Origin: Mesotaenium endlicherianum
Lineage: Eukaryota
NCBI GenBank assembly: GCA_009602735.1
Contig: WELA01003469.1
Location: forward strand, 498,584 to 536,049
Length of the DNA: 37,466 nucleotides
Direction: 5' to 3'
Positions within the stretch are counted from its first letter, which is position 1. Every line of letters starts with the position of its first letter. Both the position numbers and the translations under genes were made by a program. Shown here piece after piece: positions 22,385 through 37,466 of the stretch. The notes under the pieces were generated by a model. That model did not search any database. It was given only the letters and a program-made list of their open reading frames with translations, and was not told the DNA's origin.

Positions 22385-23917
22385 GGAGAAGGGGCCTGTG
22401 GGTCTTGCTTTCCAACTTTGTTAGGCGACAGAGACGTGAGAGACGTGGGTTTTGTTTCAGTCGCTCCAATCACTCTCTTTGGCAACCAACGGCGGAAACT
22501 TCCACCACTATCTAAAGCAAGAAGGCGTCCTCGCTTCTTGCCCTTCAAAGCAGAGCACTAGACACAGGCATGCTGATTTTGGGACATGGAAAGAGCTCCT
22601 TCTCAACACACAACTATCAAAGAGTGCGGAGGATATAGTCCAACAATATGAAAAGGAGCCCTTGAAACAAAATCCACCACCAAGCACCTCTACCCTAGCT
22701 AGTTCGTGCATTCATAGTGAGGTGGTACGTTGAAAAGAGGAGCATCAACATCCCTCACTCGACTGCTTCTAACCAGCAAGGCGCAAAATCTTTCTCCTAA
22801 CAACAGGGAACGCAACAGGAAGGGTAGAATTTCAACTGTTCTTCCAAACGCTAGCCGCTGATGATCAAATCTGCAGGTGCTTTGACCCCGATCAACGCTA
22901 CAGCCAGAGAGTGGCACTTCTTAAGACATTACGAATTGTATTTATCCTAAGTTTCTGCTTGCGGACAGACAAGACAGGCATAGCACTTGCTAGAACTTTA
23001 GTCCCTTTCTGCTGACGTCAATGCCCCTCGTCACATGAAACAACTGGTGATGCATCATCTATCAAAAGAGAAAGAAACAACTCACGTGTGAAGTAACGGT
23101 AGTCGTTAACTCAAATGTCCCTCAGTTCGTGGGTAGCCATCAACCAAGGGCACAGAGCTCCAATCTCTGAGCTGGAAGCATCTTTAAAGTGAATCAAAGT
23201 GAAGATGAAGACTAAAATGAAAACATTTCTAGCAGAAATGCACCCGAAACAAAAACACAGCACTACCTTAACGGCTGTTGAAGGAATTTTCACAAGCAAA
23301 AGTCCTTTAGGTGCGCCACGGACTTCATTTTATGTAAGATCCAGAATGTGAAGTAGATTTCGAGGCTGGCGGAGACTGGCAACTCTACAAGCATGTCCGA
23401 CCTACTGTCTCGGCACTCGACTATTTCTAACCAGCTGGCTGTAACAGCAGTCCGCAAACGACATAGCTTGTTAGTCCAGCTGTCTCTCTCAGAACGAGAG
23501 CTTCAAATATCGCATCATGCAAGTCCGTGAATATCAACGAAAACGGTAACCTCGAAATGGATCGACGAGTCGTCTCTGGAAGCTCGCTGGAGTTTTCTGC
23601 TGTAGTGGACTTCAATGTCGCTCTGGCGTGCTCTGGCGGTACCTTTTTTTTACCTCTTTTTGCCATAGTAAACAACAAAGGGAAATACCTGCAATCACCA
23701 GCAATTACTGTTCATTGATGACTGTCACTTCCAGGTCACTCCCAGCTACTCCGATGACATTGATTCTTCTGCAGCAGTCAACGGAAGACCATGTACGAAA
23801 TGGGGGGTAATCGGGGGTGGTCTGGGGCGGTCAGGAGTGTTGCTGTCTGGAGTCTGGAGTCCCAAGTGAACAATGAGGGGAAATCTGCAAAACGGAACCT
23901 TCCCCATGATCCTCACT

Positions 23918-24009
23918 CGAGCACTGAGAGATTCGAACTCTCGCGGGAAATCCCACGCACTGAGCTGCGCATTAGCAGGCGCGCGCCTTAACCACTCGGC
24001 CAAATGCTC
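23918..24009 (-). tRNA. tRNA-Ser(GCU) with an 11-nt intron at the canonical 37/38 position (intron 23962-23972)
   Basis: Minus strand reads GAGCATT TG GCCGAGTGGTTAAGGC G CGCGC CT GCT A [ATGCGCAGCTC] A GTGCG TGGGATTTCCCGC GAGAG TTCGAAT CTCTC AGTGCTC G. Acceptor, anticodon and T stems pair; long variable arm; G73 discriminator; A and B boxes intact; CAA just upstream and TTTT ~25 nt downstream. Confidence 0.95.
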
Positions 24010-24351
24010 CGTATTGGCAACTGAAATGTTAAGAACAATCTTATTGTTTTTTAATATGGTGTGCTTTGTTGCTGAGCTCCAAGTAGCACACGTCTTGAGA
24101 ACGACAGCTAGGACACAGACACCCCTCATGTATCTTTATTTTCTCCTGCACGTAGAGTGCCTGAGGATCAAGAATATACTACAACCGTGACAACAATTGA
24201 ATTTGTGGATTTTTGTGTTCACAGAATGGGCAATAAGTGCTTAAATGTTGAGCTTTTTCTACCACTTGCATCTGCGTTGACGTAGATATACTTCTACTTA
24301 TTGATCGGCCCCTGGTACGTTCTTGCACATACTTTTCCTGACTTAGCGAGT

Positions 24352-27186
24352 ATGGAGGACCGACTATCAGTGATCATTGTGGGGGGCAGCATTGGTGGTT
24401 TATCATGTGCACACGCACTGCTACACGCAGGGTGCGATGTGACCATTTTAGAGAGAGCGAAAGGGAAAGTGGTATCTGCTGGTGCTGGGCTGGGCATAGA
24501 TAGGGACTCTGCCTCGGCACTTAAATCATGGGGCATTGAGATAAATGTGGCGACTTTGCCTCTGCCCAGAGAAGAGGTGATCATCTCATCACCTAGAATG
24601 CACTTCCACACTTGATTGAAGGGTGTGTGCGCAAAGAAGAGCATGTTGGTCAGGTAGTACGGTCCAGTAGAAAGATTTACGTGACTCTGCCCTTGCGATG
24701 AGATGGTCCTATATAACGATATTATGAACAGTTTCTTTTTTGTGGGCCACTTTCAGATATTTGAGATCAAATGAGTTCCTGCTGGCTCAGAACTTTTCAT
24801 TACTTTTTCTCGAGCTGTTTCGGAGCTGAAGCTGATGTCGTGTCACTAACAAGGCAGTATATATACGTACCCAACATACATGTGTATGCATTTGTGTGTA
24901 CATATATATAGCACTGCTGTATATCACATATGTAAGGCATGTATTGCATGTCCTGTAAGAGATTTAATTTTTCTTCAGTTCACGTTGTATACGTGTATGC
25001 ATACATAGTATATATCTACATATATCTAACATATATACATGTACCTGTATTATTTATTTATATACGTATGTAGCAAGCTGCTCTGAAACTACTAGTTGTT
25101 TGCTTCTGTTGTTCTAATCTTGTGTATCGTTAGTGTGAAGGATGCAAGTCTTTCCATGGGCTTGAGACTGCATGGGTGCTTACTCTAATTTTGACAAGTA
25201 TTACTATTTCTGCATGGCAGGTGAGAGCTGTCAACAAGGAAACCATGCAGACGTTAACTTTGTACACTGACGACAATTACAATCATAGAGCTGCTCACTG
25301 GGGAGACCTCCATGGGTTGCTCATGGAGAAGCTGCCGCCCGGCATCCTGTACTATGACCATGAGGTTGTCAGCTTTGACAAGCCAAACAATAGAGACAAC
25401 AGAGTCCAGGTGACGGCGAGAGTTGGCGGAAAAGATGGCGAATTGAGGAGCTTCGAAGGAGACGTGATGGTTGCTGCAGATGGCAGCGCGTCATTGACGA
25501 GGAAGAAGTTCAGGGCTGACGAACAACAGAGGTCTTGGAGCTGCACCTTAACTTCATCGTGCGCGCTGGTAACCTCGGGTTGCGATGCCTGCAATGCAAA
25601 GTCTCGGAAGGTGGGGGCGGGGCGAATTTGTGCTGTCGCATTATAGGCATGGACATTGTCTGCGTGAACTTTACAATGTGGACTTACTCTGTGTGTGTGA
25701 CAGTTGACGGGGAAGTTTGTGAGTGCAAATATAAGCTCTACCAAAGGAGCTCACATGGCGCACAAAACGAGATTCCTGGTTTTTGTCCGTTGCAGTCTCA
25801 GCCACAGTACCTCTTCTCATCTGAGTGGAGAAATGTTGTAAACGCGCGGTGGCCTCTTTCTTTGTTCCATCTGTAGGTACTGCGGATACTGCGCGTGGAG
25901 GGGAGTGCTGGAGTACGAGGCGGAGCCAGAAATCACTGAGAAGCTGAAGAAAGAGTACCCGTCTCTGGGGACGTGCCTTTACTTTGACCTCGCGCCTGGC
26001 ACGCACGCAGTTCTCTATGAGCTTTCGGGGAAGCGACTCAATTGGTTGTGGTATGTGAATCAGCCAGAGCCCAACCGCGAGGTAAGAGCACGACTCCTAT
26101 TTCCACCTGAGCTCCTGTGGCTGGCGGGTTTGGGCCTGCTTCGTTATCTGCTCGGTGCGGGCAGCTGAGTCGGACAGCTGGCGCAAGAACTCTTGCTTGC
26201 AAGTTGCAGGAGTGAAGCCTTAGAAGTAGGCTAAAGAGTTGCAGCTGCGAGCGGCACTGCGAGCGGTGGATTTACATCCTTGCTCCCTCTGTCACGATGT
26301 CCGCATGCTTGTCCGGCCCTTGAGCTGTTAACAGATTGGTCACCTTTACAGTACTGAGAGCAAAGAGAGAGCAAAGCGAGAGAGAAGGATGATTTGGCAT
26401 TGCTCTGAGTGCGCGCTGTCCTCGAGCGACAGACAGAGGTGTGTGTCAGCTGTCGCCCCAAAATGCAGAATCTCCTTCAAGCCGTTTGCAGACGCCAGCT
26501 CAGCTAAGAGTCTATGTAACTGGTGCGAGGGAAGCAGATGCTCACACACACACAAGTGCCCCTCTATGTTGCAACCGTGTCCACCCACCCCTGTTTGGTT
26601 GTGACAGGGCCACTCGGCGACGATCCGGGCAACAGAGGAGCAGATTCGAGAGATGCGGGAGGCGGCAGCTTCTACCTGGGGGCCTGAGCTGGCTCGGCTC
26701 CTGCAGCAAACGCCGGCCCCGTTTATGAATGCAATCTACGACAGGGACCCTATCGACCAGTTCAAGTACGGCCGGGTGGTCCTGCTGGGCGAAGCCGCAC
26801 ATCCCACGTCCCCCCACGGCCTCAGAAGCACCAACATGTCCATCATCGACGCGCACGTCTTGGGCGAGTGCGTCGCTAAGCTTGTCACTGGCAAGAGGAG
26901 CCACGAGGCGGGTGCGGGGACAGATGGCGGCCGCCCAGGAGCAGGAGGAGGGGATAACGCAGGTGAGGCGGAATACGGGAAGGATGGAGGCGTGGATGCT
27001 GCGCTGGAAGAATACCAGAAGATAAGGGTGCCTGTGACGAAGCAGCAGGTGCTGTTCTCGCGCCACCTGGGCCGGCTGAAGCAGGGGCTGGCCAGTGACC
27101 AGCCAGGAGACTATCCGTGGTTGCAGGCCGACCGGCAGTTGATTGAGTCATTGGGCCAGGTCAACATGTCAACATTCAAGTGCTGA
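24352..27186 (+). CDS. FAD-dependent monooxygenase (flavoprotein aromatic hydroxylase, 2,6-dihydroxypyridine-hydroxylase-like); 4 exons, ~439 aa
   Basis: Exons 24352-24576 (VIIVGGSIGGL Rossmann motif, GAGLG), 25221-25531 (VAADGSAS DG motif), 25877-26081 (YCGYCAWRGV, RLNWLWY), 26608-27186 (VVLLGEAAHPTSPHGLRSTNMSI). All GT-AG and in phase. Confidence 0.93.
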
Positions 27187-28268
27187 CTCACTTCATGAAC
27201 AACCAGACAAGAAACATAAGTGACCTCATTACTTTGTTTTAGTGGCTGCCCACACCGGGCAGAGTGGCCCAGTGTGGGCAGCCATTACAACATGCAAGGA
27301 GGCGCCACATAGTTTGACAATTCGTGTTCAAATTGTTCAATTGAAGAATTATTTGAGAAGCTTTGGAATGGATAGTAGGAGTCGTGATTTGCATCTCGTC
27401 CAGTATTTTGCGTCTTCATCTCGTCGCCATCGCGGGCCCCGGCCACTCTGGTCTGGGCCAACTTGCTGACGGCTTCCTGCAGCTTTGCGACTGGCAGAGC
27501 GGCAGCCAGCTAAGACAGCTTTCAGCTCGGCCGCTTCTGCTCTGCGCTCATCTCGGCCTGACTTTTCTCGTAGTCGGGCAAAAACATTTGCATGCAATCT
27601 TGCTAACTCATCTTTGGTGCCTGTTGGAAGTGTGTGCTCCTGCCCCCCCTTCCTCTTCTGTATGCAATCTGCTCGCCTGCCATGGTCAGCAAACTTGCAA
27701 ACATATTTGCGTTGTTAATGAGATACGCAATAAGGCGTTGCTGAATGCCTGACATAAGCAACGCAGCCGATTATTGGCGTCACCACGACACCCTGTGTCA
27801 GGCTTTCTATCATCTTGTCTACGCGCTTCTAAGTGTAGCAGCTTACTTCCTGCTGCAATGAAAGCAGCAATGGAGGCAACACATAGTTTCTGCAGCATGT
27901 GGCATTCTCCACGGAGAATGTAACGGCACCACCGCTTTCCAGGTGGACGCACAAGTGTAGCAAGTGCACAAGTGTATCATAAGAAGAGCATATGTTGGGA
28001 ATCAGCAGGAGTGGCACAACCTTCTTGCACTAACCCTGAGCAGCCATTGCTCATTCACGAACTTGAGGAGAAACTTCGACCCGTTCCGAGCTTCCACTTT
28101 TTTTGCTAATTCTTGCGCGCCCCCGACTCTACCAATGCGAGACTCGAAAAGAGGCTGTATTTACAACTATTCCAAACATGTCAGAACCTGGAGCCTCGCA
28201 CTCCCTAGACACCTCTGTAGTCCAACCTTACTACTTCGTTTCCAGTCTTTCCGAAAGTGCCAATGCCG

Positions 28269-32907
<4,639 letters not shown>

Positions 32908-33804
32908 AGTTTGCGTCTTTTTACGTTTCCTGGAGAGATGCAGATGTTATAAGACTTGACGATCTACAGGATGAAACGAGAAAAGATGCAACTCATAAAC
33001 AGAATACTTTGTCGCTGCCGTGCATAAACTTTACAGTAACAAGTTAAAAGTCTGCAGATATTGTTTGAAGTACCACCCGATACCGTTGAACACGTAGGGC
33101 CTAGGGTCACAGTATGAGTAGAAGCTCTCAACGCGGAACTTACTATACTGGCTAAAAAGCAGTATGGGCGCTATTTCTTCTGAAGGAATGGGGACCGAGT
33201 CAGCTTGCACACACTCCTCGAGAGCGCACTCCGGTGTTTCATGAGACTTGCGAGGGTATTCTCAGCACTTTCGGCACCTTGAAAACAAGGACAGTCTCGA
33301 TCCCGGTTCTTTGCAAGACTCGTGGGGCTTATTCAGGACGTTCGGCACCTTCAAACGGTTTTCTATCGCGATCTGTCGACTTACAAAAGTTGCCCTCTGC
33401 TGCTTTACTGCTCAGTGCCTCATTTACTGCATGCACCAGCTGCTGCCATGCAACTTGCTCGACACTACACTTGCCTCTGTGCCTCGCACCAGAATTGAAT
33501 TGATCGATTTGACCTCTGCCTGTCGCAGTAAGTATATAGTCTTCTTTTTGCCTGCAGTCCCGGTTATTCCGTGTAGAGCTTTTGAGTTTGTTCGAAGGAT
33601 ATTGCTGCTTAGACCACTCTGGCTAGACATGCACTGAGGTGAAGTAAGCACCCCCACAAAAACTTTTTCTGCAGACCTTCAAGGCAAATTGTGGGAGGGT
33701 GGTGTTTGCCCCAACGCTTATGCCAAGATGATGGGCCTTGCAACGGAAATAGCCTGCTAGAAACAGCTATTAGCACTACCAGCTTCTTAGTACATAAATC
33801 AGTC
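32908..33804. promoter_or_regulatory. Shared upstream (divergent promoter and 5'UTR) region of RPL24 and RRP7
   Basis: The two start codons face away from each other ~900 bp apart; the region is lower in GC and repeat-free. No specific motif confirmed. Confidence 0.5.
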
Positions 33805-36018
33805 ATGGGAGCCCTAAATGGCGCAGGAGAGCCTCAGCACAGCACATCTACAGGCTCTAGGGAGCTTCTGGTCAAAATTGACGCGGATAAGCCGTACTTT
33901 AGGACCCTTTTGATCAGACCCGCCTCTGAGAAGCCCGAGGCGTCAGAGCAGTTGGAGGCAGAGCAGCCAGGTGTCAGTGGGAGGAATGACGAGGAGAGCA
34001 CAGAGGTGCTAGAGAGGTCTCTGCAGGTTGCAGGGCTCCCCTGTGGCTGGGGTGACACAGCAGTGCACGTTTTTTTCACCCAGTTTGGGGCTGTCGAGTC
34101 TGTGACCTTCTGCTCTGCCCCTTGGTGAGTCCCTGATTCCACCCGCGGCCTAAACCCTGAACCACTCTTTCCTGGGCCGGAAGGACACATGACCGAGTCT
34201 CAAGCTTGAGTACTGCCCGTTTGCGTACTGCCCCTACAGTGACTGCTCCTAGCAGGAATGTTCAGGGAGCGTAGCTGAAGGGGGGCTCATGGCGGCACGC
34301 TGCTGTCAAAACTTTGGGGGGGTGAGAGCAGGGTTTAGGGGGGGCAGGCCCACAAATTGGCAGCACTTGACTACTCTCAAACCCCTGATAGCTGCTGACT
34401 CTTTCTGGCCCCCAAGCATTTGGGGCTTTCTTTTGAGTGCAAACTCGCTGCGCTGTGATTCACTCTCATATTTTCTGAGGCGCATGTCTGGAGGAGAGCG
34501 GGGGCACCGACAAGGTCACGTGTTGGGCGTGGAGTGGGCAGACCTAGGACTGGGTAGTCGGGCCAGAGAAGGGAGGGGTTTGTGCTGAGTTAGCTGGGAA
34601 GGTGCAGAGGGAGCAAGGGGAGCAGGGCAGCGTACTCCCTTGCCAAGATCAGATACGATACAATTGCTGGTCAGTCATCCTCAGCTCTCCTGGCGGCAGG
34701 GATCTGCCCCGCATGCTGAGGCATGGGTGGGACGCTCAGGGCTGCTGCTGCTAGAATGCACTGTCCCTCTCTTTTGGCCTTCTTTTACCAAGCAGTCATT
34801 GCCGCCCCTTTGGAGTTCAGGGATCTGCCACTCAGGGTTTGCGTGTACCCATTGACTCCAACGTACGCGCGTGCGCTCACTCACTCACGCGCACACACAC
34901 ATAGACTCTCACCCACACATGGTTTTCCGCGGACGCACCGCCACACACGCACGCACGCCTCTTCCCGTGGGCTGCTTGACACTGGCCTGTTTCGTCTTCC
35001 TCGTGATGATGATAAAGGCAGGGGGCCCTTTGCTTCAGCTGCTCCGACTGCTCACCTTTCCTCTAGGCAGGACCATAAACCCTATCCTCTGAGCTGTCCC
35101 CTACTCTTGTTCGAGCCCCCAGCAGCAGCAGCAGCAGCAGCAGCCGGTTGCATGAGACGCAGCGGCCCTGGTGCCCCCCTGTGTCGAGCTGTGGGCGGCA
35201 GACTTGGGGTAGCTCTCTTGTCCCGTCTTGTCGGCCGATGAGCAGGCCAACATTGCCCACCTCCCCGCCGCATCGCCAGTGCCTGGCTGAGGAGGCTATG
35301 GGCCGGCCTTCTCTGCGCCCCTCTCTGAGACCGTTGGGCAGCGCTGCGCCGCTCTTGGTGTCCCTCCTTCCAGAGCTTTGCAGCACTGTGCTTCTTTCTT
35401 CACAGCAGCCGGCAGTGGCGGCCATGTCCGCAGCCGCCAAAGCTGGCTGCCGGCCTCCCCCTCAGCCTGCGCCACAAATCGTCTGTAACCCCGCTGCCAC
35501 GAACAAGTGTGCTACCCCCCGTCTCCCCCCCAGTGTGTGCCGCTCGAACCAGTGAATTGCGCGGTATCTCAGGCTGCTCCCTGCAGCCTGCAGCAGAGCT
35601 CCTCCTCTCCCTCCCCCCCTGGCCCCCCCTGCGAGCACACTCACACTCACAGCCCCCTCCTTTGCTCATCAGCATGATGCCACCTCCATGCTGTGTGCGG
35701 ACCCGCCTGTGCGCGCACGTGCCTGTGCACAACTAACATCCCTGGTGGTGGCTGCGTGTGCGCTCGCGTCGGCACCTGGCAGGCACAAGAAGGGCAGGGA
35801 TGCGGCCAGGTGGAAGGACAAGGAGGGCCCGCCGCTGGTGGCGCGCGTCACCTTCAAGCTCAAGGCCAGCGTGAAGAAGGCCCTCCGAGTGGGCGTGCCG
35901 CTCCAAGGCTCCTCCCGGAGGCCCCAGCCCCTGCTAGGCCCGCCCCAGCAGCAGCAGCAGAATGGGCAAGCGCTCGTGGGCGGCGGCGGGGAGGGCGAGC
36001 ACCTGGTGGGCCTCCGAA
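33805..36018 (+). CDS. RRP7: Probable ribosomal RNA-processing protein 7 (N-terminal RRM-like part); 3'-partial
   Basis: Exons 33805-34124 (…RSLQVAGLP…VHVFFTQFGAVESVTF, donor GTGAGT) and 35783-36018 (…VARVTFKLKASVKKAL…LVGLR, donor GTAAGC), in phase. A degenerate RRM followed by SV.KAL and GL(R)K(W) matches the RRP7 layout. The diagnostic C-terminal domain is not visible (in the gap or beyond the window). Confidence 0.7.
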
Positions 36019-37466
36019 GTAAGCTAGGCCTCCCCCTTTCCACCTCCGCGTCCTCCTCCTGGTTCTCCTCCTCCTCCTCCTGCTGCTGCTGCTGCTGCTG
36101 CTGTGGGTGCTCTAGCTGTTGCTGCTGCTGCTCCTGTCATTTATGAGTCCTACGCTACGCACTCCGCCCTACAACAAATAGCGAGGGACAAGATGAGCAA
36201 GGGGCTGGCATGTTCCTGCACTGGTCTCTCTCTCTCTCTCTCCCTCCCCCCTGATGTGGTAGTGCTAGCGGCTGAGCATGCGGCGCCCCAAGTGCTTTCT
36301 GCTGGAGCTAATTGACCTGCCACAAAGAAGAGGAAAACTGACACAGAATATTTCGTGGGGACTTGGCCACAGATGGGGCCGCAGGCAGCCATCGGTAAAA
36401 AATGCATTCTCGAAGCCTACCACAAAATCTCTGCCTGCATGGTCTGTGACTAAGTTGACCCCGGGCACCAGCTGCAGCTGGCCTGTCGATCCCTCTCTTC
36501 CGTGCTTGTGCCTTCCTGCCACTGGCGTCACATGAGGCATGCATATGCCCCTGCTCTAGTGTGGATGTGTGGGGCCAAACACGGTCCTCCCTGGAGCGAG
36601 CTGGAGCGGAGGGAGGAGCTCATGGGGCCCTGCCTGCCAAGCACACAGGCACGTATGCATGCGTGCGTGCTGGTGAGCGCTGGGGAGGGGGCAAGGCTGT
36701 GGGGATTGGGTGTGTGTGTGTTGTGTGCATGTATGCGCGCGCGTGCGTGTGTGTGCGTGTGTGTGTGTGTGTGTTTTCACCGTCTGATGATGTCGGGGGG
36801 GGGGGGGGGGGGGGGNNNNNNNNNNNNNNNNNNNNNNNNNNNNNNNNNNNNNNNNNNNNNNNNNNNNNNNNNNNNNNNNNNNNNNNNNNNNNNNNNNNNN
36901 NNNNNNNNNNNNNNNNNNNNNNNNNNNNNNNNNNNNNNNNNNNNNNNNNNNNNNNNNNNNNNNNNNNNNNNNNNNNNNNNNNNNNNNNNNNNNNNNNNNN
37001 NNNNNNNNNNNNNNNNNNNNNNNNNNNNNNNCCCCCCCCCTCTCTCTCTCTCTCTGTGTGTGTGTATGTGTGTGTTTTACCGTATGCCCCTCCCTCCCTC
37101 CCTTCCCTCCCTCTCTTTGTGCGGGGCACTCTTTCCTCTTATCAGGTGTGTCCCTCTTGCCTGTACAGACAATGGCCAGTTTCTATGACTAGACAAAGTG
37201 CGGCTCTTGCTCCCCTTGTCCGTCTTTTACATCGCTCTTTTAGGGCTACTTGCCTGCATGCTGGCAATGCTGCGCTGCTTGCCTGCCAAGCCCACACTCG
37301 TGTACAAGGAGCTGTGTGTCTGTGCGTGCATAAGCGCGCGCGCGCGTGTGTGTGCGTGTGTGTCTGTCTGTGGGTGCAGAGGCAAAGCACCCGGGGCCAA
37401 TTCACGTGCGCCCTGCTGCTGGCTCGATGTGTGTTGGTGGGAGAGGGAGAGGGAGAAGGGGGGGGG

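Noticed and set aside
23427..23666. Minus-strand ORF beginning MAKRGKKK
   Set aside because: No recognisable domain, and no phase-consistent downstream exons could be built.
23830..23917. Possible tRNA-snoRNA dicistron (GTGAGGA right after the tRNA, CTGA ~85 nt later)
   Set aside because: A TTTT Pol III terminator lies in between and I recognise no rRNA-complementary guide; snoscan or small-RNA data would be needed.
5829..27186. A functional gene cluster (glycosidase-like + PLAC8 + LysM + monooxygenase)
   Set aside because: Only adjacency supports it; no shared pathway or scaffold-forming enzyme is evident, and N joins make contiguity uncertain.

Overview
Eukaryotic nuclear DNA from a draft assembly, with many N gaps and G/C homopolymers. 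Gene content and intron style point to a green plant lineage, most plausibly a streptophyte alga (inference only). Most ORF-track entries are shadows of GC-rich low-complexity DNA. By joining phase-consistent GT-AG exons I reconstruct seven protein genes: (1) a partial uncharacterised plastid/thylakoid protein (-); (2) an 8-exon gene of the microbial-type RYLWTDAFGV / GGLRIGK / DGQYFHYLTKWM family (+), with a 1-nt frameshift in exon 4; (3) an intronless DUF2985+PLAC8 protein (-); (4) a TM + LEA-like + LysM protein with an unresolved 3' end (-); (5) a 4-exon FAD-dependent monooxygenase (+); (6) mitochondrial ribosomal protein uL24 (-); (7) the 5' part of a probable RRP7 (+). Also present are an intron-containing tRNA-Ser(GCU), a non-autonomous Mutator-like TIR element with a duplicated right arm, and many microsatellites. 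The main unexplained pattern is intron polarity: several introns are C-rich after the donor and G-rich, without a polypyrimidine tract, before the acceptor.
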